DNA of 64,000 nt from an uncultured delta proteobacterium (GCA_963699755.1 CAVOVB010000001.1:1536001-1600000); one strand, 5' to 3'; positions 9,922-21,004 are shown, numbered from the stretch's first letter. Notes: generated by a model from the sequence alone, not told the origin. Program-made: numbers and translations.

Positions 9922-11688
9922 ATGAGCATCGAAGCATGGATTGCGACCGCGATAGTCGTCGCCGTATTTGCGGTTCTCGCCTCGGGACGCTACCCGCCGT
10001 ACCTCGTATTACTCGGTGGCGCCACCGCGCTTTTAGCAGCAAAGATCATCGAACCCGACCAAGCGCTCGCGGGGTTTTCGAACAGCGGCGTGGTCACCGT
10101 CGGCGTCCTCTACGTGGTGGCCGCGGGGATGAAGCAAAGCGGGGCACTGGCGTTCCTCGTCTCGCGGGCGATGGGGCGCCCGAAGACCGTACGGGCCGCG
10201 CAGGCGAGGATGCTCGTGCCGGTCACGATCGGCAGCGCGTTCCTCAACAACACTCCGCTCGTCGCCATGCTGCTGCCGGTCGTCATGGACTGGAGCCGAT
10301 CGATGAGAATACCGGCCTCGAAGCTCCTTCTTCCATTGAGCTATGCCGCGATTCTGGGAGGCCTCTGCACGCTGATCGGAACGAGCACCACCTTGGTCGT
10401 CCACGGCCTCCTGCTCGCGGAGGGCAAGCCCGGGCTCGGGATGTTCGAGATCACCTGGATTGGGCTTCCATGCGCGATCCTCGGCTCGGCGCTCCTGATG
10501 TGGATGGCAAGGCGCTACCTTCCCGAATACGAGAGTGCCCTGCGGATTCCCGACGATCCACGGGAGTACACCGTCGAGATGCGTGTCGGTGCCCGCGGTC
10601 CGCTGGTCGGGAAGAACATCGAGAGCGCTGGGCTCCGTCATCTGCCCGGCCTCTACCTCATGGAGATCCACCGAGGAGGGCACATTCTGCCGGTCGTCGA
10701 TCCAGCGGAGCGACTCGAAGCAGACGACCAGCTCGTCTTCGTCGGAGTCGTGGACTCGGTGGTCGATCTTCAGCAGATTCCGGGTCTCGAGCCGACGACG
10801 GAGCAGGTCTTCAAGCTGGATTCGCACCGGTCGCTTCGGTGCTTCGCAGAGGCGGTCATCTCGCGCACGCATCCCTTGGTCGGGAGGAGCATCCGTGAAG
10901 GCAGATTTCGAAACCTCTATAACGCCGTCGTGATCGCCGTGTCGCGCAACGGCGAACGGGTCCAGGGACGCATCGGCGACATCCAGCTTCACGCGGGAGA
11001 TTCGTTGCTGCTGGAGGCGCTTCCGTCGTTCGTCGAGCAGCAGCGAAACTCCAGCGACTTTTATCTCGTTAGCCGTCTCGGAGACGCTGGACCCCCGACC
11101 ACGGCACAAGCGCCGTTGGCATTGGTGATCCTCTCGGCTATGGTGACGGTGGTAGCCCTGGGATGGCTGAGCATGTTGCAGGCAGCGCTCCTCGCCGCGG
11201 GTGCCATGCTCGCCGCGCGTTGTTGTTCGGAGGATACCGCACGACGGAGCATCGACTGGCCGCTGCTGGTGGCTATCGGTTCATCGTTCGGCCTCGGGAT
11301 GGGGCTACAGGAGACTGGCGCCGCTCAATCCTTCGCCCACGTGCTCCTGCAACAGGCTGGTAATCATCCGTGGCTGGCACTTGCTGCCATTTACGCAACC
11401 ACGACGATCGTCTCCGAGTTCGTCACCAACAATGCCGCGGCGGTGATCCTGTTTCCGATCGCCATGGCAACCGCGGAGTCGTTTCAGGTGAGCTACATGC
11501 CGTTCGTGATCGCGATCACCGTCGCGGCGTCTGCAAGCTTCGCCTCGCCCCTGGGCTATCAAACCCATCTCATGGTCTACGGCCCGGGCAACTACCGTCT
11601 CGTCGACTTCGTCCGGATGGGCGTTCCGATGAACCTCCTGTTGTGGGTCATCACGACTGCGCTGGTACCGTTCATCTGGCCGTTTTGA
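9922..11688 (+). CDS. SLC13 family permease with TrkA-C domains
   Basis: SAFLNNTP, GGLCTLIGTSTT and PLGYQTHLMVYGPG motifs; 588 aa. Confidence 0.9.
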   Translation: MSIEAWIATAIVVAVFAVLASGRYPPYLVLLGGATALLAAKIIEPDQALAGFSNSGVVTVGVLYVVAAGMKQSGALAFLVSRAMGRPKTVRAAQARMLVPVTIGSAFLNNTPLVAMLLPVVMDWSRSMRIPASKLLLPLSYAAILGGLCTLIGTSTTLVVHGLLLAEGKPGLGMFEITWIGLPCAILGSALLMWMARRYLPEYESALRIPDDPREYTVEMRVGARGPLVGKNIESAGLRHLPGLYLMEIHRGGHILPVVDPAERLEADDQLVFVGVVDSVVDLQQIPGLEPTTEQVFKLDSHRSLRCFAEAVISRTHPLVGRSIREGRFRNLYNAVVIAVSRNGERVQGRIGDIQLHAGDSLLLEALPSFVEQQRNSSDFYLVSRLGDAGPPTTAQAPLALVILSAMVTVVALGWLSMLQAALLAAGAMLAARCCSEDTARRSIDWPLLVAIGSSFGLGMGLQETGAAQSFAHVLLQQAGNHPWLALAAIYATTTIVSEFVTNNAAAVILFPIAMATAESFQVSYMPFVIAITVAASASFASPLGYQTHLMVYGPGNYRLVDFVRMGVPMNLLLWVITTALVPFIWPF

Positions 11689-11754
11689 GCCGCCGGATCG
11701 CCTGCTGCGAAGAGGCGTTGCACGATCTGCGCACTGTTTGCGCCCCCTGTCAGT

Positions 11755-11935
11755 CGGCCCGGCAAACCCACCGACAACGCCTTCATCGAGGCCTTCAACG
11801 GGACCTTGCGGCGAGAGTGCTTATCGCAACACTGGTTCGTGTCGCTGGACGATGTCCAGCAAACGCTTAGTCTATCGCAGGACGACTACAATCAAACCCG
11901 CCCACACAGCGCGTGGGGCGGCTTGACTCCATCCT
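11755..11935 (+). mobile_element. IS3-family transposase C-terminal fragment
   Basis: RPGKPTDNAFIEAFNGTLRRECL...YNQTRPHSA integrase-core motif, fused to the end of a mobC remnant. Confidence 0.8.
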
Positions 11936-11974
11936 TCAAGTCCGTCGGGCGGTGGAGCGTCTAGCAGGCCGTCG

Positions 11975-12920
11975 GTGATTGTCCGGCACCAACGTGCATC
12001 GGCAAGCAACAAGGGCTTTCGTCAGCTCGCCCGTTACATTCGGGGTCGAAGCGACACGCCGCGGGCGACCTGGTTCCTGGCCGCCAATCTTCCTGGCGTG
12101 ACCGGGCCCGCTGACCTCCAGCTCGCATGCCGACTCGTCGAGGCCGTGCACACTCAGAACACCCGCGCGGGCAACAACCGCACGTATCACATGGTCATCT
12201 CCCTTCACCCGGAGGACCGAAGCCTCAACGGGAACGAGCTCAGGCCTGTTGTGGAAAACCTGGTGGAGACCTTGGGCTTTTCCGGGCACCAGTACATCGC
12301 CGCGCGTCACAACGACAAAGACCACGAGCACGTGCACGTGGCCATCCACAAGATCCACCCGGAGACCTTTCGGATTCACTCGCCAGCCTGGGATCGCCAG
12401 AAGCTCTTCACCGCGGGCCGTGCGCTCGAACGAGAGCTCGGACTCACGCCGCTTCGGTCGAGAGTGCGCGATCGTGAGAAAGTCCCGCAGAGGGCGGCGG
12501 ACCACGAAGCCCACCACGGAATCGACAGCTTTGCTCGCTGGGCCAAAAACCAGCTAGGTCACGCACTTCGAGCCGGGCAGCTGCGGAGCTGGGACGATGT
12601 GCACGACGTCTGCGCCAGACTTGGCGTGGCGCTTGGGCGGCATGGCACGGCCTCCTCTTCGAGGATGTCGAGCAGGGCGTGCGCGCGAAGGCGTCCTTCG
12701 TCGGCCGCGAGCTCAGCAAGGCGCGCCTCTGCCAACGGCTCGGAGCCTTCCACCGAGCGCCCGCGCATCAGCTGGAAGCTTCAAGAAATGCGACCCGGCG
12801 ATACTCCCCCGCCCCTCCCATCGCGCCTCACAGCTTATGGAAGGAATACGAGCAGAGCCTGATCCAAGCCCGTACGCAGCGCCATTTCGTCGCCAGTCGC
12901 GCCGCGCATGCCGACCGAGG
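11975..12920 (+). pseudogene. MOB-P relaxase pseudogene, preceded by the mobC 3' end (about 11925-11978)
   Basis: Close paralog of 25002-26240 with a frameshift near 12648, a 234-bp deletion at 12879-12884 and a 3' truncation. Confidence 0.9.
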
Positions 12921-13355
12921 CTACGGCCCGCGAGCCGGCACCACCAGCACCGGCACCGGCGATTTGCGAATCACGCCAGCCGACACGCTGCCCATCACCA
13001 AGTCGAACAGCTTTCCACGCCCGTGCGAGCCCATCACGATGACCTCGGCATCGAGCTTGTCGGCCTGTTCGAGGATTGTCTGGATGGTCGGCCCCGGCAC
13101 GAGCCGGGTGTCGACCACGTGCCCCTTTGCGCGCAGGCGTTCCGCAAGCGCTTCGAGCTCGGTCTGCGCGCGTTGGAGCTCGTGCGCCACTTGGTGCTGC
13201 ACTTCCTCCGGACCCGCCGCGAGCCCCACGAACGACGGGTCGGGCTCGGTCACGTGAAGCAGATGAATCTCGCGCTTGGCGCTCGCGAGCCGATCGACAA
13301 TCTCGATTTGCGCATCGGTCACGGGTGAAAAGTCGATGCTGACGAGCAGGCTCAT
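12921..13355 (-). CDS. Universal stress protein
   Basis: LLVSIDFS, IVMGSHGRG and GSVS...PVPVLVVP. Confidence 0.9.
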   Translation of the reverse strand: MSLLVSIDFSPVTDAQIEIVDRLASAKREIHLLHVTEPDPSFVGLAAGPEEVQHQVAHELQRAQTELEALAERLRAKGHVVDTRLVPGPTIQTILEQADKLDAEVIVMGSHGRGKLFDLVMGSVSAGVIRKSPVPVLVVPARGP

Positions 13356-14455
13356 GATTTGATCTCCGGTCGATGAATGCCGCGCTCGGCCATGCGCTTC
13401 TGCAGGATGCCGATCAGGGCTCGTGTCCAACGCGCCTTGTCCTTGGCGGAGATGTGCGACCACTCCGGCGTTCGTGCGTCCGACAGCGCCGGATAATCCT
13501 CGAAGTGAACGCCAACGGCACCGGCGGAATCGACGATCGGCTGCCACACCCGCTCGCGCGGCGTGATCTTTCGCTCGGCCTCCCTGAACACATCGCTCGA
13601 CGGCGGTCGAATGAACACCACCTCGCCGCCATGCGCGCGGATCTTCGCGACATCTGCAGCGACCTGGTCGAGCAACGCCTGGAACTGAGCACGCGCCACC
13701 TCCTCCGGCGGAGGCGGCGGCAGGTTCTCGAGAATGGTCCGCCAGGTCCCGGTCACGATGGCCTGAAACTCCGGGTCGGTTTCGACGCGCTCCCAGAGGT
13801 CCGCCTGCCGGTCGCGCCGCATGTGCTCGATCTTGCGCACCTCGGGCTGCTGAAAGGGAAGATTCGGTCGGCTGGGCCACCACGGCTGCCGCGCGAGCAC
13901 GGTAAAAAGCTTCGTATCGATGTTGTAGTAGGCGAACGTCGTCTCGAGCGGGTACGAGAGCTGGGTCGCGATGCGCTGGGATGGTGTCTCGTCATGGTAG
14001 TATTCGAGCACGCCTGCCCTCACCCCCATGCCCGGCAAAAAGAGCAGGGGCGGTGTGATGCCGACCACCAGCAGGCCGCGAAAATCCTCGTCGTTTGCGA
14101 TATCGCTGAGCACGGGGAGCGGATTCGAGCCCTCGAGCGCAAGCTGGATCCCGTGCACGCCGGTCTCCTCTTTCCAGACGTCGAGATCGATGTCGAACAG
14201 GGTGCGCGACGAGCCAATGAACACCGTCGCGTTTGGTTCGCGGGCATCGACCCGCCGCCGGACCTCGGCCCACTGCCCGTCGCTGTTCCGGTAAGAAGCT
14301 TCGTATTGCTGCGCCACGCGCCAGTACGCCTCCCATGCACCGAGCCCCGCGGCGGCCAGCAGCAACGCCACCACCGCCACGCGCGGCCAGCCAAGCTCCG
14401 GCACCGGGCGGAGGATGACCGGCTCCGATTCAGAACTGGAAGTAGATGAAGGCAT
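13352..14455 (-). CDS. Membrane-anchored periplasmic partner of the MBOAT (SGNH/DltD-like, tentative)
   Basis: One TM helix, FIGSSR and a late SH motif; overlaps the MBOAT stop. Confidence 0.65.
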   Translation of the reverse strand: MPSSTSSSESEPVILRPVPELGWPRVAVVALLLAAAGLGAWEAYWRVAQQYEASYRNSDGQWAEVRRRVDAREPNATVFIGSSRTLFDIDLDVWKEETGVHGIQLALEGSNPLPVLSDIANDEDFRGLLVVGITPPLLFLPGMGVRAGVLEYYHDETPSQRIATQLSYPLETTFAYYNIDTKLFTVLARQPWWPSRPNLPFQQPEVRKIEHMRRDRQADLWERVETDPEFQAIVTGTWRTILENLPPPPPEEVARAQFQALLDQVAADVAKIRAHGGEVVFIRPPSSDVFREAERKITPRERVWQPIVDSAGAVGVHFEDYPALSDARTPEWSHISAKDKARWTRALIGILQKRMAERGIHRPEIKS

Positions 14456-15854
14456 CACCAGACCCTTGAGCAATCAGGATGAAAAACAACATCGCGGCCC
14501 ACACGCAGCCTACCAGCCACCACGGGGCACTGGCCACGACGTCCTCGAGGCGCCGGTTCCGCATGAACCCGTGGACGAGCAGAATGCCGACCGTCACCGA
14601 AACGACCACCGCGATCAGATAGGTGGAGAGAACCAGCTCGCTTCCCTCGAGTCCGAAGCCGAGCATCGTCCGCGTCATGCGCCATGCCGTCGCGAAGTCC
14701 GGCGCCCGGAAGAACACCCAGGTGAGGTTCACCAGGAAGTAAGTCAGCAGGGCGAGAAACACTTTGAAGCCGAAGGTGCTCGCGATCTTCGCTCCGGCAA
14801 ACTGCCTTTGAAGAAATCGTTCGACCCCGAGGTAGAACCCGTGGAGGCCGCCCCACACGACGAAGGTCCATGCCGCCCCATGCCATAGGCCCCCGAGCAA
14901 CATGGTGACCATCAAATTGATCTGCGTGCGGTGCCAACCTTTTCGATTCCCGCCGAGTGGAATGTAGAGATAGTCCCGGAGCCAAGTCGAGAGTGAGATG
15001 TGCCAGCGACGCCAGAAGTCCGAAAAGCCGATCGCCGCGTAGGGAAACCGAAAGTTATCGGGCAGCGAGAACCCGAGGCAGAGGGCTACGCCAATCGCCA
15101 CCGTCGAATAGCCCGCGAAGTCCGAAAAAATCTGGCCGGCAAACGCGAGCGTTCCGAGCCATGCGTCCAAGAACGGCACCGGCTTGGCAGCCGTAAACAC
15201 CGCGTCGGCGGCGGGTGCCAGCGCTCCGTCTGCAATCACGATTTTTTCAAAGAGCCCCAGCGTCATCAGCCCGAACCCCCAGAGCAGCTGGTTCGCGTTC
15301 GCGGGCACCGGCTTTTGGAACTGCGGGATGAGTTGCGTCGGCCGGACGATCGGCCCCGCGACCAGCTGCGGAAAGAACGACACGAACAGGGAAAAGTCGA
15401 GCAGCGAGTCGGCCGGCTTGGCGCGGCGAAGGTAGACGTCGAGCGAGTACGCCATGGTCTGGAACGTGTAGAACGAGATGCCGACCGGGAGCACGATGTC
15501 CCAATCGGGCGGCGTCCACGCCACGCCAATGGCGGACATCAGCAGTTGCCAGTTCTCGAGCAGGAATTCTCCGTACTTGAAGTACCCGAGCAGCCCGAGG
15601 TTCACGAGAACGCTGACCGCCACCCATGCCTGGCGCCGCGGCAGCCTCTGCTCGGCGTAGATCCTCTTGGCGACGCGCCAGTCGAGCATCGTCGAGATCC
15701 ACAGGAGGATCACGAACGGCGGATTCCAGGCGGCGTAGAACAAGCAGCTCGCGACCAGAAGGTTGATCTTCTTGACCTTCCAAGGGAGCGGCGCGTTGTG
15801 GAGCGCAAGCACCACCGCGAAGAACACGATGAACGTGAGGGAGTTGAAGAGCAC
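14430..15854 (-). CDS. MBOAT O-acyltransferase (AlgI/DltB-like)
   Basis: LPVGISFYTFQ, FFPQLVAGPI, FWRRWHISLSTWLRDYLYIPLGG, GLWHGA and terminal FIYFQF. Confidence 0.95.
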   Translation of the reverse strand: MLFNSLTFIVFFAVVLALHNAPLPWKVKKINLLVASCLFYAAWNPPFVILLWISTMLDWRVAKRIYAEQRLPRRQAWVAVSVLVNLGLLGYFKYGEFLLENWQLLMSAIGVAWTPPDWDIVLPVGISFYTFQTMAYSLDVYLRRAKPADSLLDFSLFVSFFPQLVAGPIVRPTQLIPQFQKPVPANANQLLWGFGLMTLGLFEKIVIADGALAPAADAVFTAAKPVPFLDAWLGTLAFAGQIFSDFAGYSTVAIGVALCLGFSLPDNFRFPYAAIGFSDFWRRWHISLSTWLRDYLYIPLGGNRKGWHRTQINLMVTMLLGGLWHGAAWTFVVWGGLHGFYLGVERFLQRQFAGAKIASTFGFKVFLALLTYFLVNLTWVFFRAPDFATAWRMTRTMLGFGLEGSELVLSTYLIAVVVSVTVGILLVHGFMRNRRLEDVVASAPWWLVGCVWAAMLFFILIAQGSGDAFIYFQF

Positions 15855-16034
15855 TGAGGCGAGCGCCTCCTGAACCGGGGCCTACGTCGTGCCCGGTTCG
15901 TCTCGCGGGATATTCGGTTAGGTTCGAGGCGAGTGCAACGACTATCGCCCGCCGCAGTGGTCGGCACCGTCGACCCCGGCGGCCCGCCGGTCACGCGGGC
16001 GGCGGCATCTCGCTCTCTGCGATGCTCACGCGAG

Positions 16035-16262
16035 CTAGTGCTGTGAGACGCAACGAAAGCAGGGCGGGGTCTCGCCTTCCGGGCACGGCGCGTCACTGCA
16101 GACCCCGAGTGGCCCATCGGGCATCCGGCACTTGGCGTAGCGTTCGACGCAAGCCGCGCCGGGGGCTGGCGATTGGGTGCCGCTTGTCGGGCATCCTGCC
16201 ACGAGAAGAAAAGCGAAGAGACCCAAAGAGAGACAGGCGCGTCGGGAGCGGACGGGTTTCAT
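16035..16262 (-). CDS. Small Cys-rich lipoprotein
   Basis: Signal peptide with lipobox LVAGC followed by several Cys. Confidence 0.55.
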   Translation of the reverse strand: MKPVRSRRACLSLGLFAFLLVAGCPTSGTQSPAPGAACVERYAKCRMPDGPLGVCSDAPCPEGETPPCFRCVSQH

Positions 16263-16451
16263 GGCTGCAGTCACTCTACTACCATTCTGCGCCAACCCCC
16301 ATGAAGACCTCCAACTCCTCTGCCGTGCTCTCGCGCACCCCCGACACCGTTTGAGAGTCCCTATCGAAGCCTCGCGCGATGGCCATGGCCGCCGCACCGA
16401 CAGCTTCAGCGTCGAGGCGAAGATCTTCGGCCTCGGCGGCCTCTGTGCTTG

Positions 16452-16904
16452 TCAAAGTGCAATCATCTCGCTGAGGCGCTCCGCAAGCTCGCTCGTCTTC
16501 TCGGCCGCGAGGTCTTTGTCGAGCGAGGCCGTCACGAGCTTAGCCGTCGGACCGTCCAGCGAAGACCGCAGCAAACCCAAGAACCGGGGCGGCGCAACGA
16601 GCACCAGGCGCCAGTATCGATTCTGCATGCGGGCGTCTTTGAGCTTGTCGGCCAAGGCTCTCGCAAAGTCGGACACCGCCCGTTCGTGCGGGCCTTCGCT
16701 CTGGCTCATCGACGCGCGTCTCGGGTCACCGCTGTTCTTACGAAAGGAACGGCCAGGGCGGTCGGAAGCCATGTCCCGATCCCGTGCGCGACCCTCAGGG
16801 TGCTCGATCTCTTCCACGAGCTCTAGCCCCGTTCCGCGACCCTGGGTTTCGAAGACCCGCGCCCCCGCGTCGTGAGCGACTAGGATCCATGTATTGTAGA
16901 CCAT
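16452..16904 (-). CDS. Host attachment protein (AtsE/baeRF-like)
   Basis: TWILVA..AGAR, DRPGR, LVLVAPPRFLGLLR and LDKDL. Confidence 0.8.
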   Translation of the reverse strand: MVYNTWILVAHDAGARVFETQGRGTGLELVEEIEHPEGRARDRDMASDRPGRSFRKNSGDPRRASMSQSEGPHERAVSDFARALADKLKDARMQNRYWRLVLVAPPRFLGLLRSSLDGPTAKLVTASLDKDLAAEKTSELAERLSEMIAL

Positions 16905-16994
16905 CGATCCTCTTTATCTGTAACTCTGGAAACAGGCAACAGAGGCCGCCGGCGCGGCCGGGCTCATGTGTAAAGGTGGGGTCGGCATTGCGTC

Positions 16995-17498
16995 TCAAGT
17001 GGCCGGCAGCCTCAACAGCACGACCAGCAGTAGCAGCATCGTCACAATCGAAATCGCCGTTCGGATTTGGTTCGAGCGATTCCAACGCGCCTCGAAGCGC
17101 TCTCGAGCCTGCTTTCGCTCGGCCTCCCCAATCGCGTCAACTTCCACGGTTTGGATCTCGCTATTGAGCGGGAGGTGAACTCGCGCCGTCGGTAGTTGCA
17201 CGCCAAAGAGGTAGAGCGCCGCTGCGGCGATGAGCAGCCCACTTGTGACGCCATCTTGCTGTTGGAAACCCATTGCAAGCGCCAAGAGAAGCGCAACGAC
17301 CGAACCAAGCCAAACCACCACGAACAAGGGTTGCCGGTCTTGAATCACACGATCCATGACCTGAAACGCACGGATGAACTCGCGGTCGCTGAGTTTTTCA
17401 AGCCCGGGCATCGCAACGACAGCGAACGCAAACAACAGGCCGGCGACCAGCGCGCAGAGCGCCGCCGCCACGAGCACGACGAGGTGAAAGAGCTCCAT
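16995..17498 (-). CDS. DUF1772 / anthrone oxygenase-like membrane protein
   Basis: GLLFAF..VAMPGL, HLPLN and RWNRSNQIRT. Confidence 0.8.
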   Translation of the reverse strand: MELFHLVVLVAAALCALVAGLLFAFAVVAMPGLEKLSDREFIRAFQVMDRVIQDRQPLFVVVWLGSVVALLLALAMGFQQQDGVTSGLLIAAAALYLFGVQLPTARVHLPLNSEIQTVEVDAIGEAERKQARERFEARWNRSNQIRTAISIVTMLLLLVVLLRLPAT

Positions 17499-17608
17499 AT
17501 CGCATCGGCTTACCAGGCCGAGCGCCGTTAGCCTAGGCCCCTGAGCGTGTCTGCTCTTCTGAAGCAGCCGAACCGCCGACGTTTTTCGCGGTCTCGGCCC
17601 AGCGGCAA

Positions 17609-18619
17609 CTACGGCTGAGCCGCTTCCGCCACCGCGTCAAAGAGGCTCTTCGGGAATAAACGCCCCGTGAAGTTCTCGCGAACTTTCGCATAGGCCGCAT
17701 CCCACTCGGCCTTTGCGTCGCCGGGTCCGATGACTTGGATGCCCTTCTTGACGATGATGTCATAGGCTTTTCGGTCATCACTGCGTATGACTTTGTTGAT
17801 CAGCTCGTGTGCGCGCGCAGCGGTCGAATCGAAGGCTTCTCTCAGATCCGGTGGAAGCGCATCGTACTTGTCTTTGCGCATCAAGGTGCCACCCGCGATG
17901 ATCGCGGAGTTCCAGCCGGTCATGTACTTCACTTGCGTATACCACTGCAGGGCAACGGCGGTCAGCGCCGACGATGAGACCATGTCGATCATGCGCGTCT
18001 GAAGAGACGGGTACACCTCCGGCACACCGAGCCGGACCGCGTTGGCGCCGATGACGTCGTAGAGCTCCACGAAGACCAGCTCGTCCTTCCATACCCACGG
18101 GCGCATGGCTTTCAAGTCCGACGGCTTTCGAAAAGGCTTGGCAGCAAACAGGCGGTTCAGCCCCGCATCGCCCCAGCCGACGAGCTTGAACCCCTCCTTC
18201 TCGAACATCGCCTCGAACTGCGGCGCCATCTTGGCGCGTACCCTGTCGAGCTCTTCATAGGTGTCGAGGAAGCCGGGGAGCACCAGGACGATCATGGCCC
18301 GCACGATCATGCTCATCCCCGTCATCGTCATGATGCCGGCGTCGAGCTGGCCGACGCGCATCTTCCGCACGAAATCGCGCTCGTCTCCCTGAGAGCCCCC
18401 CGGATAGACTCTAATCTTGAGCCTGCCGTTCGTCTTTTCCTGGAGCGTCTTGTTCCAAGCGTTGACGATCTTCATCCAAGACGATCCAGCGGGTGCGAGC
18501 GTGGCGACGCGCAGCGTGTAGGTTTCTTCGGCCTTTGTAGTGGTCGTCGTTCCGGGGAGGGCGAGTGCGCCGAGGGCCAGAAGGGCGACGGGCATAAAAC
18601 GGAGGATGGCGTGGCTCAT
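17609..18619 (-). CDS. TRAP transporter substrate-binding protein (DctP/TatP-like), no partner genes nearby
   Basis: Signal peptide, ATLAPAGSSW and YPGGSQGDE. Confidence 0.85.
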   Translation of the reverse strand: MSHAILRFMPVALLALGALALPGTTTTTKAEETYTLRVATLAPAGSSWMKIVNAWNKTLQEKTNGRLKIRVYPGGSQGDERDFVRKMRVGQLDAGIMTMTGMSMIVRAMIVLVLPGFLDTYEELDRVRAKMAPQFEAMFEKEGFKLVGWGDAGLNRLFAAKPFRKPSDLKAMRPWVWKDELVFVELYDVIGANAVRLGVPEVYPSLQTRMIDMVSSSALTAVALQWYTQVKYMTGWNSAIIAGGTLMRKDKYDALPPDLREAFDSTAARAHELINKVIRSDDRKAYDIIVKKGIQVIGPGDAKAEWDAAYAKVRENFTGRLFPKSLFDAVAEAAQP

Positions 18620-18933
18620 GGCTCTCGGAGTCTACCCCAAGACGCGTGCCGATAAAGCCAGCGCGCGCACCCGAGCCGTTCACACCTGTGTGACTCTCTT
18701 GCACCACTCGGGCCCGCGGCCCGTCGATTCCCCAGCGTCTCTTATCGCGCTGCGTCTCTCGTCACGCTGGCCGTCGCTGCCTCGGGCTGCTTCAACTTCG
18801 ACTTCGGCTCGGGCGACAGCGACATCGAAGCTGATAGTCGATATAAACGCAATGCCGACCATTTCCATCCCTAACTGATCGGCATTGGATATAAATGCCC
18901 TTTCAGCTTCGCGCCCAACGCGACATAAGATCT

Positions 18934-18979
18934 AGTATCGCGCGATTCGGCGCACATCTTGAGCCCGATGGGCTAAGAG
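18934..18979 (+). repeat. 46-bp site, copy 2
   Basis: AGTATCGCGCGATTCGGCGCACA-TCTTGAG-CCCGATGGGCTAAGAG. Confidence 0.9.
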
Positions 18980-19346
18980 AGCTACGCTGCGCCGCATCCG
19001 CTTGGTAGCATTCTTGGGAGCGCTCGTGCTGACCGCGGGATGCCCAAGGTCAGACTGGAAACGGTGCAGCAATCTCGAGATTATGACCCGCAACGCTTCC
19101 AACCAGCAGCAGTGGATGCGTTACGAAAACGCCCGCTACTGGGTGCTCGACACGGACCTTTTGACGATCGAGTGGGAGTGCGTGAAGTGCATCGAGCTCG
19201 AATCGAAGTCGGCTCACTCCTCACCACACCGTTCAGCCTAATCGCGATGACGATTGCGTATCAACGGCCATGAGGGCGACGCACGCCGATTCGATGTGAA
19301 GCCGCGGCACCAATGATGTGAATCGATTTGGTTCGGAGCACGGCGC

Positions 19347-19559
19347 TCAGCGCGGTAGCGGCTCGAAAAGGTGGTCCAGCCTGCTGCGCGCAATCTGCAG
19401 CAGCTTTCTGGCGACGGGCGGCTCGAGCCCCAGTGCGCCGCGGAGTTGGCAGAGGGCGTCGACTTCGGCGCCCTGTTCTTTGCCATCGACGTTGGCCATC
19501 CAAGCCGCCACCAGAAAGAGCATGTTTCGTGCTTCGTTGGACAAAGTTGAATCGAGCAT
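19347..19559 (-). CDS. Small TerB-like protein (tentative)
   Basis: MANVDG....E..AL...LGL pattern; GGAG RBS; divergent from the LysR gene. Confidence 0.45.
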   Translation of the reverse strand: MLDSTLSNEARNMLFLVAAWMANVDGKEQGAEVDALCQLRGALGLEPPVARKLLQIARSRLDHLFEPLPR

Positions 19560-19660
19560 CGGTCGGACTCCTTTACTCCCTGATTCTCATGCTCCCCCAC
19601 ACTGTTGACAAGACAGATAAAACACCACAATCATGTAGATAGAACCTACGAGTAAGGCCT

Positions 19661-20563
19661 ATGGTAAACGCGATTAACTATCATCATTTCATGTACTTTT
19701 GGCTGACGGTACGGGAGGGTAGCATCCAGGCAGCCAGCCGTGTGCTGAGGTTGGCTCATCCGACGGTCAGCGTTCAGATCAAGCAGCTCGAGGAGAGCCT
19801 TGGGTACGCGCTTTTCGACCGAAGTCGCCGAAAGCTCGAGCTCACGGAGGCCGGTAAGCTCGCGTTTCGCTACGCCGACGAGATCTTTTCGCTCGGCCAG
19901 GAGTTCCTCGAGGCGCTCGAGGGTCAGCCCGAGGGCCGTCCGATTCGGCTCAACGTGGGCACCAGCGATGTGATGCCGAAGCTCATCGTGCGGACCCTGC
20001 TCGAACCCGCCCTCCGGCTCGACACACCGGTCCGTCTCAGCTGCTCGGAGGATCGATTCGAGCGCCTTCTCGGCGGCCTTGGAACGCATCAGCTCGATCT
20101 CGTACTCGCGGACACGCCGTGCCCTCCGGGAAGTGGCGTCAAAGCGTTCAACCATCTCCTCGGCGAGTGCGGGGTGACCTTCTTCGCGGCGCGCGAGCTT
20201 GCTCCGAAGATTCGAAAGGGCTTTCCAGACTCGCTCGATGGTGCACCGCTCCTGCGACCCGCCAGCGACAGCGCTCTCGGCCGGGGTATCATTCAATGGT
20301 GCGAGGACAAACAACTACGACCGAAGACGGTCGCAGAGTTCGACGACAGCGCGTTGATGAAAGCGTTCGGCCAACACGGTCTTGGCGTTTTTCCATTGCC
20401 GTCGGTCACTGAAACCGATGTGAAAAGGCAATACGGTGCCCAAGTGGTAGGACGTACCGAGGAGATTCGAGCGCGCTTCTACGCCATCTCACCCGAGCGT
20501 CGTCTAAAGAACGAAGCTGTCATTGCGATTTGTAGCGCCGCCCGTGCAGAGGTCTTTGCGTAA
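19661..20563 (+). CDS. nhaR: LysR family regulator, NhaR-like
   Basis: NYHHFMYFW..VREGS, HLLGECG and EFDDSALMKAFG. Confidence 0.85.
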   Translation: MVNAINYHHFMYFWLTVREGSIQAASRVLRLAHPTVSVQIKQLEESLGYALFDRSRRKLELTEAGKLAFRYADEIFSLGQEFLEALEGQPEGRPIRLNVGTSDVMPKLIVRTLLEPALRLDTPVRLSCSEDRFERLLGGLGTHQLDLVLADTPCPPGSGVKAFNHLLGECGVTFFAARELAPKIRKGFPDSLDGAPLLRPASDSALGRGIIQWCEDKQLRPKTVAEFDDSALMKAFGQHGLGVFPLPSVTETDVKRQYGAQVVGRTEEIRARFYAISPERRLKNEAVIAICSAARAEVFA

Positions 20564-20593
20564 AGCGACCGGTGACCATCAATGTCAGCGGGG

Positions 20594-21004
20594 TCAGAAG
20601 CTGACCCTGATCAGCGGCGCCATGAAGTCGGAGTTGAGCACGATGGGCGCCCCTGCCGAGTCCCGGTTCACAGGCCAGCGAAAGAGTGAATCGCTGGCGC
20701 CAGGGTCGACTTCGGAAAGATCGAGCCAGGTCAGTCTGGGTCGGACGATTTTCGTGGGTGGCGTCGGAGCTACCGGAGCCCTGAGCTCAAACGGGCTCAA
20801 GCGAACGCCATACGGTTGACCGGAGCTTGCCGCGGCTTCTGCAGACGACGGCGCTCCATCGAGGAGCAGGTCAGCGGACAGGAGGGCGGGGGCTGGCGTC
20901 AAATGGTTTGCACCGACCTTGCTGACGACGATGTCTTGGGCCAGCGCCGCTACAGCTACGGCGATGAGAGCGATCATCCTGCGGGCACCTTCGGAACGAA
21001 TCAT
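20594..21004 (-). CDS. Hypothetical exported protein (start uncertain)
   Basis: Hydrophobic N-terminal stretch and terminal Phe; LysR-type box upstream. Confidence 0.4.
   Translation of the reverse strand: MIRSEGARRMIALIAVAVAALAQDIVVSKVGANHLTPAPALLSADLLLDGAPSSAEAAASSGQPYGVRLSPFELRAPVAPTPPTKIVRPRLTWLDLSEVDPGASDSLFRWPVNRDSAGAPIVLNSDFMAPLIRVSF

Noticed and set aside
10033..11109. Long antisense or alternative-frame ORFs (also 13373-14449, 47512-48576, 51535-52728)
   Set aside because: They are shadows of well-supported genes in high-GC DNA, with no recognisable motifs.
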